From an uncultured virus (IMG/VR IMGVR_UViG_3300027688_000449) (taxonomy: Duplodnaviria > Heunggongvirae > Uroviricota > Caudoviricetes): DNA of 64,000 nucleotides. Below, piece after piece: positions 27,587 to 40,600 of this stretch. Below the pieces are notes generated by a model, which was not told where the DNA came from, did no database searches, and saw nothing but the letters and a program-made list of their open reading frames with translations. A program made the translations under genes and the position numbers. Position 1 is the stretch's first letter; each line of letters starts with the position of its first letter. Location of the stretch: IMG/VR virus record IMGVR_UViG_3300027688_000449. One strand, written 5' to 3'.

Positions 27587-29425
27587 ATGCAAGCATCTCC
27601 ACCACCAGGTAATCCCCCAAATAATAGTACAGCGTCTTCACAGGCGGCTCAAGATGTTATCAGTGATTTTACAAAAAAAATTGATGAGGGTTATTCTAAA
27701 TTAGCAGATAGAACCAAATTTTTAGTAAGAGAATTTGATATAATGTCGGCAGACATTTCTAAAACTTTTGGTCAAACCCAAATGGCCATTAAAGGTTTAG
27801 CTGTTGAATTAGCGGTTGCGACACCATTGGTTATAGGTTTAGGTGGAAGGTTAACAGATGTACAGAATATTCAAAGAGGAATTGCCGATAGTTTAAATAC
27901 AAATGTAATAACTCTTGGAGAAACTGTAGGTGATTTATATGCTGCGGGACAGGCAGTTGGAATAGACTCAAATGAAATTGGTAAGATGGTTGCTGATTTC
28001 AAAGACGCTGGAGTTCAAACAGGAAAAATCAAAGAAAACATTCAACTAACTGTTGATACCGCAAGAAAAGTTGGTGTTAACACAAGTGCAGTATTTAAAC
28101 TTGTCCAAGACAATTTAAGTAATATAAACAAATTTGGTTTTGAAAACGGTGTTGCTGGTTTGGCTAAAATGTCGGCACAAGCGGCAGGATTACGTATCAA
28201 TATGAATCAAATTTTTGATTTTGCGGCGAGTGTATTTGACCCTGAAGGTGCTGTTGATATGGTATCAACCTTCCAAAGGTTAGGTGTTGCTGCTGGTGAT
28301 TTAGCGGACCCATTTAGATTAATGTATTTAGCATCTGAAGATGCGGGAGAACTACAGAATCAAGTTGTTAAGATGACCGAAAAATTTACATTTTTTAACG
28401 AAAAAACAAAACAATTTGAAGTTTTTCCAAATGCAAAACGTGATTTAAGGGAGATTGCAAAGCAAACTGGTATTGCGTATGAAGAATTAGTTAAGATGTC
28501 TGTAGGTCAACAAAAGTTGAACAAAATTAGAGGCGAATTCAAAACAAACTCAATGGATGAAGAATCCAAACAATTTATTGCTAATGTAGCCGAATATAAC
28601 AAAGACAAGGGTGGATTTACAGTTAAAGTTGGGGGAATGGATAAATTGGTTTCTGAAATTAATCCTGCGGACCTTGATGAAATAAAAAAATCACAAGAAA
28701 CCGTTACTGTTGAAGAAATTGCAAAGGCTCAATTAGATACTGAAAAGTTACAACTTGCAGCTATAAATAGGTTAGTTGATAGTGTCGCAGCACCAATAGC
28801 GGGTTCAAAAGCTCCAAGAGAACTGAGAGAATTTGGTCGTGGTGTTACACAAGTTGGAATGGCGGCAACCGATAAAACAATTGGAAACCAAAGAGGGGCT
28901 ATAGCATCTATTGATAAATTTTATGATGAGACGGGTAAAAGTATTCTTGATTTATTAAAAGGGGAAGGAGGTCCTGCGAAAATTGCTGAAGTTTTTAAAA
29001 ATGCTGGTGCGGATGTACAACAAAGTTTTTCTAACATAAAACAATCAATCACAAGTATTGATTTTAAAGCCGCTATTCAACCATATGTTAGTTCAGGAAA
29101 TAAAATTGCTGAAGCAGCAGATTTGGCGGTTACGGGACTTAAAAAATTGGCAGCAAAAGCCACCGCATCAGGAACAATGACAAATAAAGCGGACGCAAAC
29201 CAATCACAATCATCAAATAATCAAACAATAAAAGTTGAAGATATTAATTATAAAGGTGCGATTGAAATTAAAGTTACAACACCAAATGGAAATACTAGTA
29301 ATTTAACTGACACCCAAGTGTATGATTTATTTAAAAACGAAACATTTATTAAACAAATTAATAAAATGATTAGTGATGGTAGTGTCAAGGGTCCATATAG
29401 TTCTGTTCCAAACAACACCGGATAA
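27587..29425 (+). CDS. Tape measure protein
   Basis: 612 aa, Ala/Gly/Lys-rich and predominantly helical; follows tube and chaperone genes; length similar to T4 gp29. Confidence 0.7.
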   Translation: MQASPPPGNPPNNSTASSQAAQDVISDFTKKIDEGYSKLADRTKFLVREFDIMSADISKTFGQTQMAIKGLAVELAVATPLVIGLGGRLTDVQNIQRGIADSLNTNVITLGETVGDLYAAGQAVGIDSNEIGKMVADFKDAGVQTGKIKENIQLTVDTARKVGVNTSAVFKLVQDNLSNINKFGFENGVAGLAKMSAQAAGLRINMNQIFDFAASVFDPEGAVDMVSTFQRLGVAAGDLADPFRLMYLASEDAGELQNQVVKMTEKFTFFNEKTKQFEVFPNAKRDLREIAKQTGIAYEELVKMSVGQQKLNKIRGEFKTNSMDEESKQFIANVAEYNKDKGGFTVKVGGMDKLVSEINPADLDEIKKSQETVTVEEIAKAQLDTEKLQLAAINRLVDSVAAPIAGSKAPRELREFGRGVTQVGMAATDKTIGNQRGAIASIDKFYDETGKSILDLLKGEGGPAKIAEVFKNAGADVQQSFSNIKQSITSIDFKAAIQPYVSSGNKIAEAADLAVTGLKKLAAKATASGTMTNKADANQSQSSNNQTIKVEDINYKGAIEIKVTTPNGNTSNLTDTQVYDLFKNETFIKQINKMISDGSVKGPYSSVPNNTG

Positions 29426-29451
29426 ATTAAATAAAAAAATAAAGGCGCGTC

Positions 29452-29458
29452 TATTTAT
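29452..29458 (+). promoter_or_regulatory. TATTTAT late-gene motif
   Basis: 15 nt upstream of ATG 29474. Confidence 0.6.
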
Positions 29459-29473
29459 AGATGATACAACAAC

Positions 29474-32400
29474 ATGCCAAGTAAATTAACCTTTATTGAA
29501 ACACAATTCGTAAGAAATTCATTATTGGTAAGGAATTTAAAACCTTATGCGAAACCTGGTGTGTATACTCCTGTAGGTGTATCGGGTGTTGATGAATATA
29601 TTAGAAGTGATTATTCGGTTATTGATTCTCCTGATGCATTAATTGATGCTGACCCATATGCCGACAAATTATATACAAACAATACGTTTGGTCCTTTAGG
29701 TGGGTATAATAAAAATATTGATGGTTTAATTAATACACAACAAACATTATCAAACCAAGGTCCTTATACTCAAACACCACCATATACCGAAGCATTACAA
29801 TTATACTCAGTATCGTTCCAAAAAAGACAATACATTAAAAATGTTTATTCGCCAGGAAACCAATACACCTATTATGACATGGGTGATGTTATTAAAGTAC
29901 AGAAAAACGCCACTTATTGGGACCCACCAAGTTTTAGACCATCATCATATTCACCATTTTCAGTTTTATTACAAGCCGACCCCGTTGGTGATAATGGCCC
30001 CGCTAGTGATGATTCAGAATTGGCTAGATTAGGTATTAAAGGAGCAAAGCAATCTTTTCAATATAGAGTAGACCAAAATGTTAGAACTGAGACACTAGGT
30101 AGAGTAAATATATTAAATGGTGTTCAAGACCCCGTTAATTTATCTTTAATCTTAGCAGGAAAAAAACCTTTAATTTATAGAGATTGGAAAATTACATCAG
30201 GTGGTGGAAATATTTTATCACAAGGTCAAGATATTGTCCAACGTATTGCTGGTTTTACATTACCATTTTCACCAATACCGGGAAGTTATTACGAAGCTCG
30301 TGATATCAACTCAACCCAATCGGCGGTTAAGGCGGCTGGTAATGGAAAACGAGGTGGATTATTTGGTTTATTTGGTTCAAGACCAACATCACCATCTCAA
30401 GTATTTTTAGATTATACAGGTTCAGGTCAAAGAGCTCAATTGACTCAGAACTTAGATATGAACAGATTCCGTCCACAATACAATACAGGTGGAACAGGAA
30501 TTTTATCGGCACTTGGAAACGCAATTACAGGTGCAATTGCTAACAACGCCAGTCAAGGAACTTATTATGTGGGTAGTCCTGAAAGGGAACCCGGATATTT
30601 AACATCTCCTCCAGGTCAAGTACCTATTGACCCATTTGGGGCTCAAGTATTGGCACCTGTTTATGGTCCTGATGTTTTAGGGAAAGAATATGAAGGTGTT
30701 GACAAAGACTTTAAATTTGGTTTGGCTGGTAAACCATTTGTTGATGACGGCAGTATTGTTGGTGGTTTTAGTTGGGTGAGTCAAAAATGGGCACCAAACG
30801 CAGGTAGGTATCAAAAACCTGGTGGAGATTACGGAACAGAAGACCCGGCATATCCATCAATATCAAATCAATTTACAGCAACTGAATCAGTAAACTATGA
30901 ATTCAAACCAGGTTCAATTTTAGATGATACTCAAAGATTAATTGATTCACAACCAAATTCAGGAGCCAGATTTGGACACGTAGGTAACGCAATTAGTCAA
31001 ACATCAAAAGTTTTCTTTGATGGTTATAAAGAAATTACAAAAGGTTCTCAGATTGTTAGATATTCTGATGGACAAGCCAATGTGGGTATTGAATATTGTC
31101 GTGTTTTTACTAAAGACACACCATATTATACTTTTAACAACTTACAAAAGAAAGACGGAAATATTCGTAAGTTTTCATACTCCGTAATGGACTCTACTTT
31201 CAACATTAATATCGCACCTGAAAAAGGTGGAGATAGTGTTGTTAATGGTAAAGTTAAAAAATACATGTTCTCAATTGAAAACTTGGCTTGGAGAACAGGA
31301 TATAGAGCGGGATATAGAGTTGATGATTTACCCGCTTGTGAAAAAGGACCTAATGGTGGTAGAGTAATGTGGTTTCCACCATATGATTTATCATTTACTG
31401 AGGATACAAGACCATCATTTAACGAGACTACCTTCTTGGGTAGACCCGAACCAATTTATACCTATAAAAACACTTCTCGTAGTGGTACATTGAAATGGAA
31501 GATGATTGTTGACCATCCGTCAATTCTAAATCTTATTGTTAATAAGGTGTTAGCAAATGAAGGTGATAGACAAAAAGTAGATTCTATTGTTGATTCGTTT
31601 TTTGCTGGTTGTAAAAAATATGATTTATATGAACTTGCTAAAATTTATAACACAGTTCCATTAACTGATTTACAGGCTTGGCAAGAAATAATTACTAATC
31701 CAAACGCAACAAATACAGATATTGTTGATGCTTCAAAAGCAACCAATTCCGTAGCCACAAACTCATTACAGGATGGGGGAACAACAGATGATGCTACAGG
31801 AAACCCAACATTAAACGAATATAATGGTTTTGGGTTTTATTTTGATAATGATATACCAAGCCCAACATCAGTGGCTTTTCAAACAACATACGCTAACTAT
31901 ACATCAGCGTCTAATAAACAAGTATATAATAACAACTCAAAAGACAAACAGGTTACAACCCAATTTTTTGATGGTGTTATTGAAGAAAACTATACAAGAT
32001 TAAAAGAAATGGCTCAAAAAATGTATAATATTTTGAGTCAAAAACAAGCTTCTAGTATTTTAGTTACTTTGGAGGCAAGTGCATCACCATCGTCATCTAT
32101 TGATTATAACGATAAGTTGTCTGTTAGAAGAGGTGAATCTGTAGTTGAATTCTTTAAAACTTATAGTTTTGGTGCGAATAATAATTCGTTAGGTCAATTT
32201 ATTGGTTCAACATTAGTATTCAATACTATTGCAAAAGGTGAAGTTGCAAGTGTAACCCCAAGAGGTAAACAAAGTTACAGTACTTACGATTGTAAAGACG
32301 AAGCTCTTAATAATGAAAAGTATACAACAAGAGCAATGGCTTGTAGAGCAGTATTATTAAAAAATGTTGAAATTAAACCAATTGAAAAGAACTCAGAACC

Positions 32401-34333
32401 AAGCTCAACAGCCGCTGAAAATAGTGCAGCAAACAACGCCGCTGGAAAACCAAACACAGGACAAAAACCAGGTCAAACTAATACTGTTGTAAATCAACAA
32501 CCACAAAAAGATTTATATAAAGGAGCTTCCAAAAAATTATTAAGATATTTGTTAAATGAGTGTGATTATTTTGAAGTTTTAAAGGCTGAAAATCCATTTA
32601 TTTATGATTCAATTAAAGAAAAAATTAAATATTTCCAACCAGCATTTCACTCAACAACGCCTGAGGGACTTAACTCACGTTTAACTTTCCTACAACAATG
32701 TATGAGACCTGGTGAAACAATCCCAACAATTGGTACCAATGGTGAAAAACTTTATAATGATGCGTTAAACACATCGTTTGGAGCACCACCAATCATGGTA
32801 TTACGTATTGGAGATTTTTATAACACTAAAATTGTTCCAACATCTTTAAGTTTTACATATGATAAAACATTTGATATGAACCCTGAAGGTATTGGTTTCC
32901 AACCTATGATTGTTGATGTCAATTTAAGTTTTAATTTTGTTGGAGGTTCAGGATTGGCGGCACCAATTGATACATTACAAAACGCATTATCATTCAACTA
33001 TTATGCTAATACTGAGATGTATGATGAAAGAGCCGAAGCAACTGAAGATACAAGTAAACTTGATAAACAAATTATCCAAGCGTTAACTCAAAATCCACCA
33101 ACTGTTGGTGTCGCCAACATTCAAAATGATAAAACAAATGATGGTGGAAATACTATTGGTGTTTCAACATTTACGGGTTTAACGGATAGTGGACAAACAG
33201 GAACTATTGAATATGCAACATTTACCAACAAATTTGTTGATAAAACTAAAGCGTATTATAATGGTGTTATGAATACCATGAATAGTGCTTTATTAAACTA
33301 TAATTATGGTATGTTGGCAATATTAAATTATGGTGGTGATAATCAAGGATATAACACGGGTTCATTTAATTCCGCAACATCAACAACTACTTTAATTTAT
33401 GGTAAACCAATTAATACTCAAAAATATGTTGACGAAGCATTTAAAGCATTGTTAAAAGATGTTGACGATGATAACTTACCAATATTCACATCAGGTGAAT
33501 TTACAAAATCTGTAATTACAACGGCTCAAAAAAGATTGTTCAAGAAAAACTATTCAAATTTTGTTAAAACTTACAGAAGTAGTTTTTTAAATACAATTAC
33601 CTCTGATGTAAATACTTTAACAGAACTACAACAAGATTATGTTTATAATGTTGATAGAATGAATTTTGTTGCTAGTGGAACTACAACAGGACATGACGGT
33701 AAATTAAATGATAAAAATATTGCAATTATTTATATAACAACGGGTCAAACAGAAACTGTTAATGGAACTCCAATAGATACTTTAACATCCCTTAGAAATG
33801 ATTATACTTCTATAGCAACTAATAACAATCAATTTTTAACTGATTTAACCGCAGCACAATTATATGTAACTAGTTCCTATAAACCAAATGAACCTGGCGT
33901 TTTTACACCACCAACAGGATATGAATTTTTATCAACACCAGAAAAAACAAGAGAATATTTATTAATGTCAAGAGCCATAACAATTGAATCAGCAAAAGAT
34001 AATTTCTTAAACGCACTACAAGAAGGGTTAGACGTTTATACCAAATTCGCAGTTGAATCATATTATTTTTCAGGTCCAAATTCATTATATGTACAATGGC
34101 CAAAATTAAATCAAACAGGTCTTGCTTTAATGACAACATTCCAAACAAACACCACTGGTAAAAATTATGTTGATTATACACCACCATTTGGTACAACACA
34201 AAAAAGAGTTGTTGATTTTAGTGAAGATAGCGCAGCATCTGAAGACCTTAAAAAACAATTACAAAATCTTTACGCAAATAAAAACGATAGTTCAAGCATA
34301 AACCCATATAACTTCAAGAAAAAATTTAATTAA
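29474..34333 (+). CDS. Large baseplate/tail-tube initiator protein with an inserted OmpA_C-like domain
   Basis: Tube-initiator-type motifs FPPYDLSFTE...FLGRPEPIYTYKNTSRSGTL and GAPPIMVLRIGDFY...PMIVDVNLSF flank YFDND...YNDKLSVRRGESV...AKGE...RAMACRAV. Confidence 0.6.
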   Translation: MPSKLTFIETQFVRNSLLVRNLKPYAKPGVYTPVGVSGVDEYIRSDYSVIDSPDALIDADPYADKLYTNNTFGPLGGYNKNIDGLINTQQTLSNQGPYTQTPPYTEALQLYSVSFQKRQYIKNVYSPGNQYTYYDMGDVIKVQKNATYWDPPSFRPSSYSPFSVLLQADPVGDNGPASDDSELARLGIKGAKQSFQYRVDQNVRTETLGRVNILNGVQDPVNLSLILAGKKPLIYRDWKITSGGGNILSQGQDIVQRIAGFTLPFSPIPGSYYEARDINSTQSAVKAAGNGKRGGLFGLFGSRPTSPSQVFLDYTGSGQRAQLTQNLDMNRFRPQYNTGGTGILSALGNAITGAIANNASQGTYYVGSPEREPGYLTSPPGQVPIDPFGAQVLAPVYGPDVLGKEYEGVDKDFKFGLAGKPFVDDGSIVGGFSWVSQKWAPNAGRYQKPGGDYGTEDPAYPSISNQFTATESVNYEFKPGSILDDTQRLIDSQPNSGARFGHVGNAISQTSKVFFDGYKEITKGSQIVRYSDGQANVGIEYCRVFTKDTPYYTFNNLQKKDGNIRKFSYSVMDSTFNINIAPEKGGDSVVNGKVKKYMFSIENLAWRTGYRAGYRVDDLPACEKGPNGGRVMWFPPYDLSFTEDTRPSFNETTFLGRPEPIYTYKNTSRSGTLKWKMIVDHPSILNLIVNKVLANEGDRQKVDSIVDSFFAGCKKYDLYELAKIYNTVPLTDLQAWQEIITNPNATNTDIVDASKATNSVATNSLQDGGTTDDATGNPTLNEYNGFGFYFDNDIPSPTSVAFQTTYANYTSASNKQVYNNNSKDKQVTTQFFDGVIEENYTRLKEMAQKMYNILSQKQASSILVTLEASASPSSSIDYNDKLSVRRGESVVEFFKTYSFGANNNSLGQFIGSTLVFNTIAKGEVASVTPRGKQSYSTYDCKDEALNNEKYTTRAMACRAVLLKNVEIKPIEKNSEPSSTAAENSAANNAAGKPNTGQKPGQTNTVVNQQPQKDLYKGASKKLLRYLLNECDYFEVLKAENPFIYDSIKEKIKYFQPAFHSTTPEGLNSRLTFLQQCMRPGETIPTIGTNGEKLYNDALNTSFGAPPIMVLRIGDFYNTKIVPTSLSFTYDKTFDMNPEGIGFQPMIVDVNLSFNFVGGSGLAAPIDTLQNALSFNYYANTEMYDERAEATEDTSKLDKQIIQALTQNPPTVGVANIQNDKTNDGGNTIGVSTFTGLTDSGQTGTIEYATFTNKFVDKTKAYYNGVMNTMNSALLNYNYGMLAILNYGGDNQGYNTGSFNSATSTTTLIYGKPINTQKYVDEAFKALLKDVDDDNLPIFTSGEFTKSVITTAQKRLFKKNYSNFVKTYRSSFLNTITSDVNTLTELQQDYVYNVDRMNFVASGTTTGHDGKLNDKNIAIIYITTGQTETVNGTPIDTLTSLRNDYTSIATNNNQFLTDLTAAQLYVTSSYKPNEPGVFTPPTGYEFLSTPEKTREYLLMSRAITIESAKDNFLNALQEGLDVYTKFAVESYYFSGPNSLYVQWPKLNQTGLALMTTFQTNTTGKNYVDYTPPFGTTQKRVVDFSEDSAASEDLKKQLQNLYANKNDSSSINPYNFKKKFN

Positions 34334-34653
34334 TGGATGCTTATTACAACCGATATCAACAATTTTCAATTAATGGTGAACAAACTGTGGTTCCATTTAT
34401 TCCACTACAGTCAAAATCATCTGACCAAAGATATATCTACAGAACTGGATTTAGTAGGTTAGACAAAGTATCCCAACAATATTATGGAACACCTTTTTTT
34501 GGTTGGTTAATATTACAAGGCAATCCTGAATATGGTGGATTAGAATGGAATATTCCAAATAATGCTATATTGACAATTCCATATCCACTCATATCTTCAT
34601 TACAAGACTATAAAAATGGTTTAGACAACTATTTCTTCTATTATGGCAGATAA
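34333..34653 (+). CDS. LysM-like baseplate protein (T4 gp53 / P2 gpX-like)
   Basis: RLDKVSQQYYGTPFFGWLILQGNP...IPNNAILTIP. Confidence 0.75.
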   Translation: MDAYYNRYQQFSINGEQTVVPFIPLQSKSSDQRYIYRTGFSRLDKVSQQYYGTPFFGWLILQGNPEYGGLEWNIPNNAILTIPYPLISSLQDYKNGLDNYFFYYGR

Positions 34654-37600
34654 TTTTGGTACAACGGACAATATCTACATTGAATCCGATTATGATAATA
34701 TATTTTTAATTGACCCAAATAAGGTTGAGAATAGTCTTGGTCAACCAATGGATAGACCAATACATCATGAAGACCTTGTTATGTATGCCAACTTGGAAGC
34801 AAAAATGTTACCAAGAACAAAATTAGCCGTTGGTTCCGCTCTTACAGATGCAGTACAAACAACACCAATCGCATCAATTAACTTTTTAAGACCTGGTGGA
34901 AAAACAACACTGAATAACAATTATCTAAATGAAATTACTGGTTTAAACACTGTTGATGGTAAAGGTACAAACCAACCAAGTAAAACCAATGTACAACAAC
35001 AAAACAAAAGTGACGATTTTTATATTAAACAAAACACAATTAACAGTGAAGATACTGGTTTATTAGGTATTGAAAGTATAAGAATTAAAAACACAAGAAG
35101 TTTAACACCAACAGTTGAAGTTGTGTTAATTGATGTTCAAGGAAGAGCATTATTTGAAAAAGGTGAAAACTCAGAATATGCCTGCTTCTTTAACTTACCG
35201 TATCCAACATTTTATTTAACATTAAAAGGGTATTATGGTAAAGCAATTAGATATCAACTTATTTTAACTAATTTTTCTGCGGCGTTTGAAGGTAATACTG
35301 GAAACTATAGAATTAGTTTAAAATTTTATTCTTACAAATATACAATTTTAGCGGAAACACAAGTTGGTGCTTTGTTTGCCGTACCGTTTATGTATACAAC
35401 GGATTATAGAATTAACAATACCGCACCAAATTCTCCTGGTGTAAACGCGGCTCAAACATCTAATGGAAACCCTGATGTTACAACATCTTCAGTAAGGGTA
35501 ACAAAAGGTGGTCAAACCATTAGAGATGTTTACAAAAGATATAAAGCATTAGGTTTAATTTCACCAAATCTTCCAGAACTTTCATTTCCCGAATTAAAAG
35601 CTAGATTAGAGGCGTTAGAAAAAAATTTACAACAAAGTTTTGGACAAACGGATTTTACACCACTTTCTGATTGTGATACATATTTTAAATTATTAACAAG
35701 TTTAAGAGATAGTGTGTTATCAACTGATGATACTAGTTGGTCTAAGAAATATCTTGACCAAGAAAAAATTTTTGTGTTAGACCCTAGTGTTGTTGGTGGT
35801 AAAAATGGTGTACTTACTTACATTTACAATAATAACACTAGAGCTAATTTACAATTACAAGTTAATGCGTATTCACAACTAAAACAATTAGTTGATGGAT
35901 ATAAAGTTGATTTGGCTAAAAATAAAACATTAAGTGACCCGGGAACATTTACAATTGATGGTAAAAAACAAACATCAAAAGTTACTAAAATTAACAATTT
36001 AACTATACAACCAACAATAATACCATCTGCACTACAAACATCTCTCCAAACAGGTTTTTCTGTTAGAGAAGTAGTTGGATTAGTTGGTTCTAATAAAGTC
36101 ATGGGTGATGTGACTAACGATAGTTCTAATTTAGTTGGTTCGGACTCTGTTAGAAAAAGTATAAGTGAAAATGATATTAACTGGGCGGAAACATTTAAAA
36201 TTAGATATAAAAGAGAAGCACTTAGTACAGCTGAAATTTCAGGTTTAACAGCATCGGAATCAATATTCTTTAGAACATTTTCTAATGATACTGGAAATAG
36301 TTTTATTCCACCAACCTATAATTTTGTATTTGACGGACCTGGTAACTTTTCAGACATCTTAGATAAAACATTTGAAGATTTGTCCCAACAAAAAGAAAAA
36401 ATTGTTCTTGCGTTAAATGAGTTTTTATCTAAAAAAATTGAAGGTAATGATGGTTTAGGATTTAAACCAACAATGAGAAATATCATGGCAATGATATTTG
36501 CGTCCGTTGAAGCGTTTTATAGATTAATGGATGATGTACATAGTCAAGCTTGGAGTCAGAGGTTAAACCCAATTAGAAAAAATGCGGTGTTTGATAATAC
36601 AAAATCTTCCGTTAGTACTGATAGTAAAGATTTAGTACAACAAACGGACCAAAACGCTTTAAAAGATATTCCAGTATATCCTTGGCCACAATATTTTGTT
36701 GAAACAAACAATCCTGATGGTGAAAGGTTTGAATTAAGATACCCAGGTGACCCGTCAGAAATATCAAAAACAAGAGCGAATGATTATAAGGTTTGGCCTG
36801 AAGTTCAATTTGTTGAAGAATATATGAAAGGATTAGCTCAAAGAGCTAGTATTAATATGGGCCCAAATGGTAGTAATAACGAAGCCAATGTTATAAGTAG
36901 AATTACTGTAAACGGTATTGAATTCCCCACAACAAACATACCGTATAGTGATTATGATAGTGTTAAATTTATTTATGAAATTTATGAGAGAGTCTTATTG
37001 GCATCATATTGGGATAGATTGTCTACATCAGGAGCAAAACAATTATCAGTATATAATACATTATCCGATTTAGAGGTTTCCAACATAAGAACAGCACTTG
37101 CTTCTACAAGTCCAAGTTTAACAAAAATATTAAAAAACTTTGCTTTTACACCACAAGGTTTCCCGTTAGCTCTTAAAAGTATTTCAAATGACGGAACTGG
37201 GCTTAGTTGGCAACAATTTACTAGAGGTGAATTTACTTCTGAGTATTTAAGAGCAATTACGGAAAATGATTACGCAATTTTAAATAGTTCGTTTATTAAA
37301 TCAAAACCAACCACGAATAAAAATATTCAATCATTAACAAACATATCAAATTATATTAAATCAACATTGTCAACACAAACAAACATAATGGATGTTTATC
37401 CATTTGTTATTACTGATTGGCAAAATGAAAACTTGGCCGGTGTAAAAACATCAAAAGGTAATGTTTTTGATACAACAAAAAGTTTGTTTTTAAATGATAC
37501 TCAGAGATATATTACCAATTATGAAAGTGCTGATAGTTTAAATAACAATAGACCTTTTGTTAATAATTGTTTCATTAAAACATTAACAACACCCAAACCA

Positions 37601-40600
37601 ATATTATCCGTTGGTGGGTCGGGAAATCTTACAGGTGTAGCACCAACAGGAACTTTAGCGGCCTTTAATCAATTTTATAAAGAAAGACGTTTAAATAATA
37701 GTTTCTTGGTAACCGAAGGACCAATAAATTACCAAGCTAAAACAGGAAATGTTGATGCATTCCAAACAACATCAATGTTAAATACACCTTTCTTTATTAA
37801 CGCATTACAAGATGGTGTTGATAAAGATAGAAATAATACAAATACAACCCCATATGTTTTACCGGCATATTTGTTTTTAAATTCATTACCACTTGCGACA
37901 TTAAGAGAAAAATATAAAAACATTACAACAGAAGGTTTTACTGATTTAGATTATATTTTTACCACTCTAACAAAATTTGGTGGTGTACATAAATTACCAT
38001 ATGCTTGGATTATAAAATATGGTTCTATTTGGCACCGTTACAAAACATATGTTGAAACAAATGTAGACATTTTAGATTCTGTTTGGAAAAATGTGAATGT
38101 TGCAAATCTTTATGACCCCGATGGTTCGTCATTACAGAAACAATATACATTTACATCAACCAATGAAAATTATAATATTGTTGCTCAAGACACAATATCA
38201 CAACCACCATTAGTTTTATCACAAGTACAAATGAATCTTGGATTTTATCCAAAGATTATTAATGACACATACTTTTTAGTTACTGGCCAAGAATTGTTGA
38301 CGGGATACACAAATACTGATATACAAACAGCAATTAGTCAAGGATTAGTTGTTGGGGCAATACCAAACGCTCAAATATCAACACAAGCTGGATATAGTTC
38401 AACACCAAATCAAGTGTTAAAGTTTAACAATTTCTTTACCACATTTGAAACACAAAATTCACCAAAATTTAAATCAAACCAACAATATAAGACTTTGTTG
38501 ATGCCAAGTTTTGGTACCATATACAACCAAGTTATTGGTGAATGTTTTACGGAAACAATAACAGGATTAATACAAACACAAGAAGTTCAAAATAATAAAG
38601 CGGTATTTAATGGTTCTGTTAGACCATTTTGGGCGGCACCTAATTTTGGATACTTTGAATTATCAAGTATTACAAAACCGGGACCAAATGAATACATGAA
38701 AGAAGTTTATCCAAATTTAGAAATACAGGATGTGGTTAAATTTGGTCAGACTTATTCTAAAATTGATGATGTTTTTGGAACGTTTAAAACAGAAATTTTA
38801 GATTCATTTGAAACTGAATTTTTAAATTTTTGTAAATCATTTACGGATTTAACATCTGAAGATTTATCAGACTCAAGTTATGCCAATAGAAACTTCCAAG
38901 GATTAATGTCACAAATGTTGTTAGTTCCAACAATCACATTAACAAGTACTTTGGATAATTATGTTGTTGATTGTGGAAATGCTCAATTAACACAAGCCAA
39001 TACGGTAATACAATCTTTTGTAAATTATGATGTTGTTTTTAAATACGGAAACCCAAGTAATTTTAATAGACGTGTCTTTGGTACATTTACAACTTTGAAT
39101 ACAACAAACTACAATAAAGTTGTTGACCCTTATCCATATAACGCATATGTTCAAAATAGTGTTCCTGTTACAAACGGAGCCGCAACACAAATAACTTTAT
39201 TACAGTCAAAAGCCGCATATCCAAACGCTTGGATTGCAATGGAAACATATGTAGGATTTGCAACAACAACAGGATTAACGTATTCAAATTCAGGAAGTTA
39301 TTATACTGACTTTTTCCCAACATTAAATGTTGAGTTTACTGAAGGAAATGTTAAAAACTTTGCACCACTTATCAAAATTTTTGGTACTCAAAAATCATTA
39401 AATAATGGTATATACACAAAGACGGATTTTATAACAGCAATAAATGATTTTTACACAAATAATGATGAGTATCTAAATTATGTTTTGGGTGAATTAATGT
39501 TTGTATTGAGAAAAGAATTACCTGATTATGTAGAAACAACTGAAAAACCAATATTATCCGCTATTGACGGTATGCAACCTAAAGTAGAACTTTATGAAGC
39601 ATTTAAATCATTTAACGATAAGTGGATTGCTGGAAGTGAATTTAAAGATAAAACATTATATCAAGATGTTATGTTCTTAGATAGGGCGAATAGGGATATT
39701 GGTGATAAAGTATTGGTTGATGTTTTTAAATTAAAAGATTTCTTTTCGGGAACAACATCACTTGATGCAAGGATTATTGATTTTGTAAGTAGGATTATTG
39801 CGGATAATCAATTTCAAATGATGCCATTACCGGCATATATGAATTTTTGGGGTGCGGGAGAAGTTACTCAAGGTGTTAAGCCTAAGGAAGAAAGGGCTAA
39901 TGACTTAGCAAACTCGTTATTTGGTACTTTTTTAGATGTTGATTACCGAGAGTCACAACCAAAATTTGTATGTTATTATGCCGGAAAACCAAGTGAGCAT
40001 TTAGATATGAGAGAAAATGCTGATTACAGATGGAGAACAGATGCCTTTGATTTATCAAGGAACTCAGATAATCCATTGATTTCAGAACTAAAAAGTACAA
40101 AAACAGATTGGGCACAATCAAATAAAGTTGTTGGATTTAATGTTGATTTTGGAATTAGAAACCAAAGTGTTTTTTATAGCATTCAACTTGACCAAAATAA
40201 TGCTGCTGCAACAACAGAAGCTAACAGAGTTATTAGTGATATGAGTAACCAAGCTGGTGGTAGAAGAACAAATACTCAAAACGTTAGTTTATATAATTTA
40301 TATAAAAATAGAAGTTATGAATGTAGGGTAGAATCAATGGGAAATATGATGATTCAACCTACAATGTATTTTAACTTAAGGAATGTACCAATGTTTAGAG
40401 GACCCTATATGATTCAATCTGTTGAACATACGATTAGTGCCGGTGACTTTAAAACATTTTTTAGTGGTGTTAGGATGCCAATTTATTCATTACCATTAAT
40501 AACAAAACAATTGGTTTCAATTAATGCTAATTTATTGGGACAATTAGTTCAGATATTAAAAAGACAAAAAGAAACTGAAGTCGCCTCAACACAACCAACA

